Shown here: in pieces, positions 34,786 through 43,914 of the stretch
How the letters are laid out: each line of letters begins with the position of its first letter
Numbering within the stretch: position 1 is the first letter of the stretch
Source of the DNA: an uncultured Bacteroides sp.
GTDB taxonomy: Bacteria > Bacteroidota > Bacteroidia > Bacteroidales > Bacteroidaceae
Assembly: GCF_905207245.1 (NCBI RefSeq)
Contig: NZ_CAJLKP010000027.1
Span: 171 to 64,170, forward strand
DNA: 64,000 nt
Reading direction: 5' to 3'
Made by a program: the position numbers and the translations under genes
Notes under the pieces: generated by a model
Seen by the model: the letters and a program-made list of their open reading frames with translations, nothing else
What the model was told of the DNA's origin: nothing
Database searches by the model: none

Positions 34786-37134
34786 ATGAAGAAACTTGTA
34801 TATATACTCATTGCAACCCTGCTTCTGGCAGCTTGCTCCACTACTAAGCATCTGCCTGAAGGAGAAGTGCTCTACACCGGACAAAAGCCGATGATAGTGG
34901 AGAACCGTTCCGTGACCCCGGTTGGTGTGACGGCAATGGAAGAAGTAGAAGCAGCCCTTGCCAAAGCTCCCAACAACTCTCTGCTGGGTAGCTCCGAATA
35001 TCGCATCCCTTTTCCTTTCGGATTATGGGTATACAATGGCTTCAGCAAGTATAAAAAAGGTTTCGGTAAGTGGATATTCAATCGCTTTGCCGCTACTCCT
35101 GTATTTATGTCCACCGTCAATCCGGACATCCGCCAGAAGGTGGCAACGAACATCCTGCACGATTATGGTTACTTCAATGGCAAGGTCAGCTACCAAACCT
35201 TTGTGAACCCCAAAGACAGCCTGAAAGCCAAGTTGCAATATACTGTCGACATGCGCAACCCATACTTCATTGATACCGTTTATTATCGTGGTTTCAACGA
35301 TACCACCATGCGTATCATCAATCTGGGGCGCCGTCGCTCTCTCATCAGTCCGGGTGAACAATTCAATGTCACCGACCTTGATGGTGAGCGTACCCGTATC
35401 AGTGGCCTGTTACGTAATATGGGCTATTACTATTTTCGTCCCGACTATCTGACTTATCAGGCAGACACAACGCTTGTTCCCGGTGGGCACGTTAGTCTGC
35501 GCATAATACCCGTCCCCGGTCTGCCGAAAGATGCCGAACGTCCTTTTTTCGTAGGAAATACCAACTTCTATCTGCATGGTCCGCAGGGACAGATGCCGAA
35601 CGATAGTCTTTATTATAAGTCTTTCTGGATACACTACTACAATAAGTTGAAGATACGCCCCAATATGCTTTATCGCTGGTTGCACTATCAGGGTTATCAA
35701 AGAAAGCGTCAGGAACTGGATAAGGGAGGCATGCGCCGCCGTCCGGACAAATTGTACAGCCAGTATCGTCAGACCCGTATCCAGGAGCGTCTGGCAAGCG
35801 TAGGCATTTTCCGCTATCTGGAAATGCAGTACACTCCCCGTGATACCGCCCTCATTTCCGATACCCTTGACGTGAATATTCGCGCCATATTGGATAAACC
35901 GTATGATGCAGAGTTTGACTTCAACGTCACCATGAAAAGCAATAACCAGACGGGACCCGGCGCCGCTTTCACCGTAACCAAGAATAATGTTTTCGGTGGT
36001 GGCGAGACTTGGAATGTGAAAGTGAACGGTTCCTATGAATGGCAGACGGGCAAGAACAGCAGTTCGCTGATGAACAGTTACGAATTGGGATTGTCTTCAG
36101 CACTTACTTTCCCGCGCATCGTCTTCCCCCGTATGGGTGATAAGGAGTATGACTTTCCGGCTTCAACCACTTTCCGTGTCTACATAGACCAGATGAATCG
36201 TGCCAAGTACTACAAGCTGCTTGCTTTCGGTGGAAACGTCACATACGATTTTCAGCCTGTGCCCACCCGTAAGCATAGCATCACACCCTTCCAGTTGACG
36301 TTCAATGTACTTCGTAATCCCACTACGGCTTTTGAAGAAATACAAGCCCAGAATCCTGCGCTCTATGTCAGCCTCCGTAATCAGTTTATTCCTAAGATGG
36401 AATATACTTATACTTACGACAATGCTTCCCTGCGCACTGTTCGCAATCCTATCTGGTGGCAGACGACGGTGGCTTCCGCCGGTAATCTGACTTCCTTGAT
36501 TTACCGTGCATTCGGAGAATCGTTCAGCAAGGAAGATAAGAAACTGATGGGCGTCCCCTTTGCCCAGTTCCTGAAGTTGAATTCCGAGTTCCGCTATCAT
36601 TACCGGATAGATAAGAATCAGATGATTGCTTCCCGCATTGCAGGTGGAGTGATTTGGTCCTATGGAAATGCGACCACTGCGCCTTATACCGAGCAATTCT
36701 ATATAGGTGGTGCCAATAGTATCCGTGCTTATTCCGCACGTAGTATCGGCCCCGGTGGCTATCCGCCCAATAAGGAGAAGAAGTATTCTTATATTAACCA
36801 CGTGGGTGACATCCGCATGGAGGCAAACGTAGAATACCGTTTTCGTATCCTTGGTGATTTGCACGGTGCTATCTTCCTTGATGCCGGTAATGTTTGGTTG
36901 ATGCGTAAAGATGAGGCTCGGCCCAATGGAGAACTCACTTTAAAGAATTTCCCCAAACAGATAGCTCTGGGTACAGGTGCAGGTTTGCGTTACGATCTGG
37001 ACTTCCTCGTGTTCCGTTTGGACTGGGGAGTGGCACTACACGATCCGTATGAAACTGGGAAGAAGGGCTATTATAATATTCCGAAGTTCAAGGATGGCAT
37101 GGCATGGCATTTTGCAATAGGTTATCCGTTCTAA
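34786..37134 (+). CDS. BamA/TamA-family outer-membrane protein (surface antigen D15)
   Basis: Start moved to MKKLVYILIATLLLAAC. C-terminal barrel region (YIGGANSIRAYSARSIGPG...GTGAGLRYD...HFAIGYPF). Confidence 0.8.
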   Translation: MKKLVYILIATLLLAACSTTKHLPEGEVLYTGQKPMIVENRSVTPVGVTAMEEVEAALAKAPNNSLLGSSEYRIPFPFGLWVYNGFSKYKKGFGKWIFNRFAATPVFMSTVNPDIRQKVATNILHDYGYFNGKVSYQTFVNPKDSLKAKLQYTVDMRNPYFIDTVYYRGFNDTTMRIINLGRRRSLISPGEQFNVTDLDGERTRISGLLRNMGYYYFRPDYLTYQADTTLVPGGHVSLRIIPVPGLPKDAERPFFVGNTNFYLHGPQGQMPNDSLYYKSFWIHYYNKLKIRPNMLYRWLHYQGYQRKRQELDKGGMRRRPDKLYSQYRQTRIQERLASVGIFRYLEMQYTPRDTALISDTLDVNIRAILDKPYDAEFDFNVTMKSNNQTGPGAAFTVTKNNVFGGGETWNVKVNGSYEWQTGKNSSSLMNSYELGLSSALTFPRIVFPRMGDKEYDFPASTTFRVYIDQMNRAKYYKLLAFGGNVTYDFQPVPTRKHSITPFQLTFNVLRNPTTAFEEIQAQNPALYVSLRNQFIPKMEYTYTYDNASLRTVRNPIWWQTTVASAGNLTSLIYRAFGESFSKEDKKLMGVPFAQFLKLNSEFRYHYRIDKNQMIASRIAGGVIWSYGNATTAPYTEQFYIGGANSIRAYSARSIGPGGYPPNKEKKYSYINHVGDIRMEANVEYRFRILGDLHGAIFLDAGNVWLMRKDEARPNGELTLKNFPKQIALGTGAGLRYDLDFLVFRLDWGVALHDPYETGKKGYYNIPKFKDGMAWHFAIGYPF

Positions 37135-37177
37135 TTGTAAGTTTTGTACAATAGAACTAAATTATGAACTAATTGTC

Positions 37178-37185
37178 TACCTTTG
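37178..37185 (+). promoter_or_regulatory. -7 promoter box TACCTTTG (a second match TAATTTTG lies at 37202-37209)
   Basis: TAnnTTTG matches upstream of the ATG at 37259. Confidence 0.4.
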
Positions 37186-37258
37186 TTGGTTATATTTTTT
37201 GTAATTTTGCCAGCGTAATCAACAGTGATACACTAACCTATTTTTAATAATAACTAAT

Positions 37259-38170
37259 ATGAAACCAACTTTATTCTTATTGGCAGCCGGTATGGGCAGC
37301 CGTTATGGTGGCTTGAAGCAATTGGACGGATTGGGTCCCAATGGCGAGACTATTATGGATTACTCTATTTACGATGCTATTAACGCTGGATTCGGTAAGC
37401 TCGTGTTCGTTATCCGTAAGGATTTTGAGAATGACTTCCGTGATAAAATTATTTCCAAATACGAAGGTCACATTCCGTGCGAACTGGTATTCCAGTCTAT
37501 TGACGACCTGCCCGAAGGCTTTACTTGTCCCGAAGGTCGTACAAAACCTTGGGGAACCAACCATGCTGTAATGATGGGTGCCGATGTAATTAAAGAACCG
37601 TTTGCAGTGATCAACTGTGATGACTTCTATGGTCGCGATTCTTTCCAGGTGATGGGAAAGTTCCTTTCTGCACTGCTTGAAGGTTCAGAGAATGTATACT
37701 CTATGGTAGGTTTCCGTATCGGCAACACGTTGAGCGATAGTGGTACGGTGTCTCGTGGGCTTTGTGGCACGGATGCCAAGAATCTGCTGACTTCTGTTGT
37801 TGAACGCACTAAGATTCAGCGCATGAATGGCGAAGTGAAATATGTAGATGATAATGGTGAGTGGGTAGCTACTCCCGAAACTACTCCGGTAAGTATGAAC
37901 TTCTGGGGCTTCACTCCCGATTACTTTGGATATAGCTGCGAGTTCTTCAAGAGCTTCCTGAGCGATCCGAAGAATATGGAGAACCTGAAGAGCGAATTCT
38001 TCATCCCGTTGATGGTGGATAAGTTGATTCAGGACGGCACTGCTACGTGCGAGGTGCTTGACACTACGAGTAAATGGTTTGGCGTGACTTATCCTGAAGA
38101 CCGCCAGAGCGTTGTAGATAAAATCCAGGCTTTAGTGGACGCAGGTGAATATCCTGCCAAGCTGTTTTAA
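37259..38170 (+). CDS. sugar-phosphate nucleotidyltransferase-family protein
   Basis: N-terminal LLAAGMGSRYGGLKQLD (the GxGxR nucleotide-binding loop of NTP-transferases). Confidence 0.72.
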   Translation: MKPTLFLLAAGMGSRYGGLKQLDGLGPNGETIMDYSIYDAINAGFGKLVFVIRKDFENDFRDKIISKYEGHIPCELVFQSIDDLPEGFTCPEGRTKPWGTNHAVMMGADVIKEPFAVINCDDFYGRDSFQVMGKFLSALLEGSENVYSMVGFRIGNTLSDSGTVSRGLCGTDAKNLLTSVVERTKIQRMNGEVKYVDDNGEWVATPETTPVSMNFWGFTPDYFGYSCEFFKSFLSDPKNMENLKSEFFIPLMVDKLIQDGTATCEVLDTTSKWFGVTYPEDRQSVVDKIQALVDAGEYPAKLF

Positions 38171-38211
38171 GTCTGGAGACTTTGCGAAAGTAATTTTAAA
38201 TTGTAATGAGA

Positions 38212-38241
38212 GGGAGTCATCGTGAGATGGTTCCCTTTTTT
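38212..38241 (+). terminator. intrinsic terminator
   Basis: GGGAGTCATC-GTGA-GATGGTTCCC followed by TTTTTT. Confidence 0.6.
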
Positions 38242-38256
38242 AATTACTTTCCCTTC

Positions 38257-39939
38257 TTAGAGGCGTATGCTGGCTTCGCAGGATTCTGCTACGGCGGGGT
38301 GGTGGGTGATGAAGATAAAAGTCTTTCCTGTGCAGTCTCTGCGCAGGTTCTTTATTAATTGCCGTTCGGTTTCGGGGTCGAGGGCGGAAGTGGCTTCATC
38401 TAATAATAAGATGTGTCCCGGGCGGAGGAGTGCACGGGCGATGGCGATGCGTTGGGCTTGTCCTTCGCTGAGGCCGCCACCTTGTTCGTTGAGACTGGTG
38501 TCGATGCTTTGCGGAAGAGAAAAGACAAAGTCGGCACAAGCGGTGCGGAGGGATTGGAGCATCTGGGTTTCCGTGGCATGAGGATTACCCATGAGGAGAT
38601 TGTCACGGATAGTACCACTGAAAAGGGTATTTCCCTGGGGAACGTAGACGAAGTTGGCACGTGTTTGTGGAGAAACCTTGAGAGTTGAGAGTTGAGGCAA
38701 TGCTGCGTTGACAGATGAAGAATTGTGGTTACTTGCAGGGCCTAAAAATCTTTTGCCTATAAGAGTGATGTCTCCTTCTTGAGGGGTAGTGAGAGCGAGT
38801 AACAGACGGATAAGAGTGGTCTTACCGGCACCCGTCTCACCTAAAACAGCAGTACAACTTCCGGCGGGGAAGTTGCAGGAGAAATGATTCAGTATAGGGC
38901 GGTCGCCTGGCGAATAACTGAAGGTAATATCCTTTAGTTGCAAATCCGGCGTTGTTTCAAAGAATTCCGATTCTCCGGTCGTTTCAGCAGGCAGTTCTTC
39001 CAGTTCCATTAATCGCTCCACGGCGGTGAGGGCGTTGATAAACGAAGGCAGCAGGCGCGAAAGGTCGAGTGCAGGGCGTTGCACTTTGCCTACTAATTGT
39101 AGGAAAGCAGTCATCGTTCCGAAGGTTATGCTGCCTGTGCTGAGGCGGACGGCTCCCCAAAGAAAAGCAGTGAGATAACCGCCGGAGAATGCGAAGGCTA
39201 CCAGTGTGCGTGCCGATAATGAAAAGCGGGTGCGTCCGAATATCTGGCTACGGAGAGCATCTTGCAAGTCATCCAATTTATTGATATGCCGTTCGCCCTG
39301 TTCCAGTGTTTTGATAACAGTGCGGTGTTGCAGGCTCTCCTGGATGACGGATTGAATACGGCTATCACTTTGCCGGATTTCCCGGGTATAGCGGCGCATC
39401 CGTTTCATGTAGAAGCGGCTGCCGAGAAGAAAAATAGGTAGGATTCCTACAACTACCCATGGCAGGGACGGGTCGAGTAGACAGAAGAAAATGAATGCAG
39501 CCAGTAACTGGACAATGGTGACAATAAAAGCGGGGATTGTACTGGTCAGTAGTCCTACGATGGCGGCAGTGTCCTGCTCCACCCGGTTTACGATGTCTCC
39601 GGTGTGGAAACGTTCCAGTTCGTTCCAACGGCTTTGCAGTAGTCGGGAGAAGAGACGGTGGCGCAAGGCATTTCCGGCTTCTACCTGCATACGGGCACTG
39701 AGCCAAGTGTCGGCGGCACTGCAAAGAAGCTGTGCTATCAGTAGGGCGATGGTGAGGAGGGCGGCATGAGTCAGGCGTCCGGTTGCGGCACCTGTGGCGA
39801 TGTCTATGACGACTTTAGAGGCGTAGATAAATGCAAGAGAGACGCCTACACCGATAATTCCGGTGAAGCAGGAGAGAAGGATGCGTCCTCGTTGTCCGTG
39901 GGAGACTTCCCGGACGTATTTTAGCTGCGCTGTCTTCAT
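38257..39939 (-). CDS. ABC exporter (fused TMD-NBD), no C39 peptidase domain
   Basis: 560 aa. Six TM segments in the N-terminal half. Walker A GETGAGKTT, signature LSEGQAQR, Walker B LLLDEATSALD. About 20 extra residues lie between Walker A and the Q-loop. Confidence 0.88.
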   Translation of the reverse strand: MKTAQLKYVREVSHGQRGRILLSCFTGIIGVGVSLAFIYASKVVIDIATGAATGRLTHAALLTIALLIAQLLCSAADTWLSARMQVEAGNALRHRLFSRLLQSRWNELERFHTGDIVNRVEQDTAAIVGLLTSTIPAFIVTIVQLLAAFIFFCLLDPSLPWVVVGILPIFLLGSRFYMKRMRRYTREIRQSDSRIQSVIQESLQHRTVIKTLEQGERHINKLDDLQDALRSQIFGRTRFSLSARTLVAFAFSGGYLTAFLWGAVRLSTGSITFGTMTAFLQLVGKVQRPALDLSRLLPSFINALTAVERLMELEELPAETTGESEFFETTPDLQLKDITFSYSPGDRPILNHFSCNFPAGSCTAVLGETGAGKTTLIRLLLALTTPQEGDITLIGKRFLGPASNHNSSSVNAALPQLSTLKVSPQTRANFVYVPQGNTLFSGTIRDNLLMGNPHATETQMLQSLRTACADFVFSLPQSIDTSLNEQGGGLSEGQAQRIAIARALLRPGHILLLDEATSALDPETERQLIKNLRRDCTGKTFIFITHHPAVAESCEASIRL

Positions 39940-39989
39940 GCTTTATCTTTTTAATATGATTAGCTACGCGGGAAAGTGTATTGCAATCT

Positions 39990-40256
39990 TTATTCTATGA
40001 TTCCGGCTTTCAACCAGTCCTCTGTCACTTGGCGGGCATCGCGTGCGGCGGTGTCGGCTTCTACTTCGTAGTGTTCCGTAAGGTAGGCGGCGAGCGTTTC
40101 GGCATCGAACTCTTTATTTTCTACATTTTTCCATAGCCGGGCAGCTGTGGGGTTCAGACTGATGATGTTACTGAAATCTACATTGCCGGTGCCGCTCTGC
40201 ATGATGACGTATTCGTCACCGACTTGGTGGAGGGTAAAGCCTTTTTTGATTTTCAT
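39990..40256 (-). CDS. PqqD-family protein (candidate RiPP recognition element)
   Basis: Start moved to MKIKKGFTLHQVGDEYVIM (88 aa). The pattern ...LNPTAARLWKNVENKEFDAETLAAYLTEHYEVEADTAARDARQVTEDWLKAGII matches the PqqD winged-helix layout. Confidence 0.72.
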   Translation of the reverse strand: MKIKKGFTLHQVGDEYVIMQSGTGNVDFSNIISLNPTAARLWKNVENKEFDAETLAAYLTEHYEVEADTAARDARQVTEDWLKAGIIE

Positions 40257-40276
40257 GGGTGGTATATTTATTAATG

Positions 40277-40732
40277 TTAGATTCTTCTGAATATCGCCAG
40301 CAACCAGCGCCTTATAGGCATCAACTTCATCCACCAGTAGGAATATCGCTGCCAGGTTCGCCCGTTGCAAGGGTATTCCTTGTCTTTGCGTATGGCGGCA
40401 ATCATGATTCCCATGACATCCGTTATATGGGTCTGTTCGGTTACTTTCAGGTTTCCGTCGCCTAGGAGTGTTAATTCCTGTCCGTTGCGGCGGATGATAC
40501 GATGGAAGACGATGCGTCCCAGACTTTCCCTTGCCAGAACAACAGCACCCGGTTGCAAGTCTGCTTCGGTGAAGGGACCTACGACGATGCGGTCGCGGCG
40601 GTCCACAAGAAAGGGATTCATGCTGTTGCCCCGTATGATTAACGTCACGGTATGCCCTTCGTTGATGAGGCGTGCCACTTCGGGGAGTAATACCTCATTG
40701 GGGATGATTCTTTTCTGTTCGTTGCTTATCAT
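40277..40732 (-). CDS. S24/S26-family serine peptidase, apparently Ser/His (S26B/SipW-like) type
   Basis: 151 aa. Nucleophile motif RGNSMNPF. A downstream GRIVFHRII sits where S26A enzymes have xxKR(V/I). No N-terminal TM. Confidence 0.7.
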   Translation of the reverse strand: MISNEQKRIIPNEVLLPEVARLINEGHTVTLIIRGNSMNPFLVDRRDRIVVGPFTEADLQPGAVVLARESLGRIVFHRIIRRNGQELTLLGDGNLKVTEQTHITDVMGIMIAAIRKDKEYPCNGRTWQRYSYWWMKLMPIRRWLLAIFRRI

Positions 40733-40736
40733 TTGC

Positions 40737-41657
40737 TTACTTGATGGTGTTGAAACTCAGTTCGGCTGCCGCCTTGTCGGGCCGGCATTTCAGATGATAG
40801 ACCGGCAGGTTGGCGGCAAGAAGTTTCACGGTTTCTATCACGCCATTGTTCAGTTCTTCCACTGCTTTCAGGCAGGAACAGGAGGGCAACAAGGAAGCGA
40901 ATGCACGTGCTGCCCCTTCCCTTTTTATGATATTTTCCGGTGCCTGCTCCAAGCGGACGAATGCGCCTACCGGAACAGAATCGTTCTTGTAGCAAGGCGT
41001 CTTTCCACTCCAGGGCGAACCGTAGACGGTGGCTCCTCCGGTTTCCTTATTATAGTGGACGATAGGATTATCGTCATTCAGTAACTCGCAACCGGGAATA
41101 TTTTCTAACCACAACCGGGTGTGCGTGCTCTTTCCCGTTCCGCTTTTCCCTAAGAAGAGGTAGCCTTTTCCATCTTTCTTGATGACGGAGGCATGCATCA
41201 GCACGGTATCCATGCAGGCAGTCCTGAATGCATACACCATCATCAGTATATTATTGAGTACGAACGCATCTGCTTCTGTGTGGTGCAAAAACAACGTACC
41301 TGTGGCAAAGCCGGAGTGGAAACAGGCTGAATATTCTTTAGTATCGTTCGGTGCAAGGATGGTGATGAGGTATGAGTCGGTACCGGTCATTACGCTGATT
41401 CTGCACGTGGCACCTTCCCACTCAAACTCTGTGAGCTGGTGGTATTGCGAATTATCTTCCTCGTTACTCCCTTTTTCCAACTGAATGTTGAGTGAGAATA
41501 TAATCTTACTCTTGCTTTCCGGAATTTCTTTTTCCGGCAACAGGAAAGGGCTCAGGGAAGGGATAAGTTCCTCTGACTTCCAGCCTGGAATAGGAGATGA
41601 AGTGCCGAACAGGTAGGGACCTACCCGGAATAGTTGCACATTGCGTTCCTCTTTCAT
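40737..41657 (-). CDS. HPr-kinase-like P-loop protein
   Basis: 306 aa. GYLFLGKSGTGKSTHTRLWL...LLNDDNPIV resembles the HprK C-terminal catalytic core (GxSGxGKS ... DD). Confidence 0.6.
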   Translation of the reverse strand: MKEERNVQLFRVGPYLFGTSSPIPGWKSEELIPSLSPFLLPEKEIPESKSKIIFSLNIQLEKGSNEEDNSQYHQLTEFEWEGATCRISVMTGTDSYLITILAPNDTKEYSACFHSGFATGTLFLHHTEADAFVLNNILMMVYAFRTACMDTVLMHASVIKKDGKGYLFLGKSGTGKSTHTRLWLENIPGCELLNDDNPIVHYNKETGGATVYGSPWSGKTPCYKNDSVPVGAFVRLEQAPENIIKREGAARAFASLLPSCSCLKAVEELNNGVIETVKLLAANLPVYHLKCRPDKAAAELSFNTIK

Positions 41658-41879
41658 TCTTTTTTTGTATAGTAATTGGGTTGCTGTTTGTATATACGAC
41701 GTAAAGGTAGATGTATTCTTCTAATTTACCAAAGCTGCCGGAAGGATAATTCATTAGGAAGTTATATCTCTGCGTCTGATATATATTAGTAAATCTGAAT
41801 CCTCAGTGAAAGTAACAGAAATGTTGTATCAGATGTCTTCTTTCTGACTATAATTTGAAGACAAACTGCCGGAAATGAC

Positions 41880-41887
41880 TACCTTTG
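41880..41887 (+). promoter_or_regulatory. -7 promoter box TACCTTTG
   Basis: TAnnTTTG match 30 nt upstream of the ATG at 41918. Confidence 0.5.
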
Positions 41888-41917
41888 CAGTCTTGAACGC
41901 TAAATTTCATTGACACT

Positions 41918-43885
41918 ATGATATCAGTAGAAGGACTGAAAGTGGAATTCAACGCCACTCCTTTGTTCGAAGACGTCTCTTACGTTATCAACAAGAAAGA
42001 CCGCATCGCCCTGGTGGGCAAGAATGGTGCGGGCAAATCTACCATGCTTAAGATACTGGCTGGCTTGCAACAGCCCACTTCAGGCGTTGTTGCCGTTCCC
42101 CGCGAATGTACTATTGGCTATCTGCCTCAAGTGATGATTCTCAGCGATGAACACACTGTGATGCAAGAAGCCGAGCTTGCCTTCGAGCACATCTTTGAGA
42201 TGCAGGCAAACATCGAACGCATGAACCGGCAGCTTGCCGAACGCACTGATTATGACAGCGAGGATTATCATAAACTTATCGACCGCTTCACCCACGAGAA
42301 CGAACGCTTCCTGATGATGGGCGGCACTAACTTCCGTGCCGAAATAGAACGAACCCTGCAAGGTCTGGGATTCAGCCGTGAGGACTTCGACCGCTCCACT
42401 AGTGAGTTTTCCGGTGGTTGGCGTATGCGTATCGAATTGGCAAAGCTCCTGCTTCGCCGTCCCGATGTGCTGTTGCTCGATGAGCCTACCAATCACCTTG
42501 ATATTGAGAGTATCCAATGGCTGGAAAACTTCCTCTCTACCCGTGCCAATGCGGTAGTGTTGGTAAGTCACGACCGTGCTTTCCTCAACAACGTTACCAC
42601 ACGCACCATCGAAATCACCTGCGGACAGATTTACGACTACAAAGTGAAGTACGATGAGTTTGTCGTGCTGCGGAAGGAACGCCGTGAGCAGCAACTTCGT
42701 GCCTACGAAAACCAGCAGAAGCAGATAGAAGACACCGAGGCCTTCATCGAACGTTTCCGCTACAAAGCCACCAAAGCCGTGCAGGTGCAAAGCCGCATCA
42801 AGCAACTGGAAAAGATAGACCGCATTGAAGTGGACGAAGAAGATAACTCGGCACTGCGCCTGAAATTTGTTTGCAGCAATCGCAGCGGAAGTTATCCTGT
42901 CATCTGTGAGGATGTGGCCAAAGCCTACGGCGACCACGTCATCTTCCATGATGTGAACCTCACCATCAATCGTGGTGAGAAAGTGGCATTCGTGGGCAAG
43001 AACGGTGAAGGTAAATCTACTCTCGTGAAGTGCATCATGGACGAGATAACCGATTATACCGGAAAGTTGACTTTAGGACATAATGTCCAGATAGGATACT
43101 TTGCCCAGAACCAGGCACAGCTTCTTGATGAAACGCTTACGGTGTTCGATACTATCGACCGTGTGGCAGTGGGGGACATCCGCACCAAGATACGTGATAT
43201 CCTTGGCGCATTCATGTTCGGCGGCGAGGCTTCCGATAAGAAGGTAAAAGTGCTTTCAGGTGGTGAACGTACCCGTTTGGCTATGATTAAGCTCCTGCTG
43301 GAACCCGTGAACTTCCTGATACTGGACGAACCGACCAACCATCTGGATATGCGCTCGAAGGATGTGTTGAAAGATGCTATCCGCGAATTTGACGGTACGG
43401 TGATATTAGTCAGCCACGACCGTGACTTCCTTGACGGACTTGCGACTAAAGTATATGAGTTCGGTGGTGGCGTTGTGAAAGAACATCTTGGCGGCATCTA
43501 CGATTTCCTACAGAAAAAGCAGATAGAAAGCCTGAATGAATTACAGAAATCACCGACACTTTCAGCTTCCCCTTCCAACGGAAAAGAAAGTGCCGATAAG
43601 GATGTGGCAGCGCAGCCTTCCGGCGCAAAACTCTCTTACGAAGAGCAAAAGGAACTGAATAAAAAACTCAAGAAGCTGGAACGCCGTGTTGCCGACTGTG
43701 AAGAGGAGATAGAACAGACTGAATCCGCCATCGCCATTCTCGAAGCCAAAATGGCAACTCCCGAAGGCGCTTCGGATATGACACTCTACGAACAGCATCA
43801 GAAGTTGAAACAACAACTCGACTCCGTGATGGAAGAGTGGGACACCGCCTCTACCGAACTGGAAGAAGCGCGTGGTAACCAATGA
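41918..43885 (+). CDS. ABC-F family ATPase (translation-factor type, no TMD)
   Basis: Two ABC cassettes (GKNGAGKST and GKNGEGKST; LSGGWRMR and LSGGERTR) with an inter-domain linker and a C-terminal coiled coil. Confidence 0.9.
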   Translation: MISVEGLKVEFNATPLFEDVSYVINKKDRIALVGKNGAGKSTMLKILAGLQQPTSGVVAVPRECTIGYLPQVMILSDEHTVMQEAELAFEHIFEMQANIERMNRQLAERTDYDSEDYHKLIDRFTHENERFLMMGGTNFRAEIERTLQGLGFSREDFDRSTSEFSGGWRMRIELAKLLLRRPDVLLLDEPTNHLDIESIQWLENFLSTRANAVVLVSHDRAFLNNVTTRTIEITCGQIYDYKVKYDEFVVLRKERREQQLRAYENQQKQIEDTEAFIERFRYKATKAVQVQSRIKQLEKIDRIEVDEEDNSALRLKFVCSNRSGSYPVICEDVAKAYGDHVIFHDVNLTINRGEKVAFVGKNGEGKSTLVKCIMDEITDYTGKLTLGHNVQIGYFAQNQAQLLDETLTVFDTIDRVAVGDIRTKIRDILGAFMFGGEASDKKVKVLSGGERTRLAMIKLLLEPVNFLILDEPTNHLDMRSKDVLKDAIREFDGTVILVSHDRDFLDGLATKVYEFGGGVVKEHLGGIYDFLQKKQIESLNELQKSPTLSASPSNGKESADKDVAAQPSGAKLSYEEQKELNKKLKKLERRVADCEEEIEQTESAIAILEAKMATPEGASDMTLYEQHQKLKQQLDSVMEEWDTASTELEEARGNQ

Positions 43886-43914
43886 CATGTATCAACCAAT
43901 TTAATAATACAAGA

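Noticed and set aside
41506-41754. 82-aa ORF, and a 20-aa ORF starting at 41909 on the minus strand, as possible precursor peptides for the PqqD cassette
   Set aside because: The 82-aa ORF overlaps the kinase-like gene out of frame for about 150 nt. The 20-aa ORF overlaps the promoter and leader of the divergent ABC-F gene. Neither has leader/core features I can recognise. They remain unproven rather than excluded.
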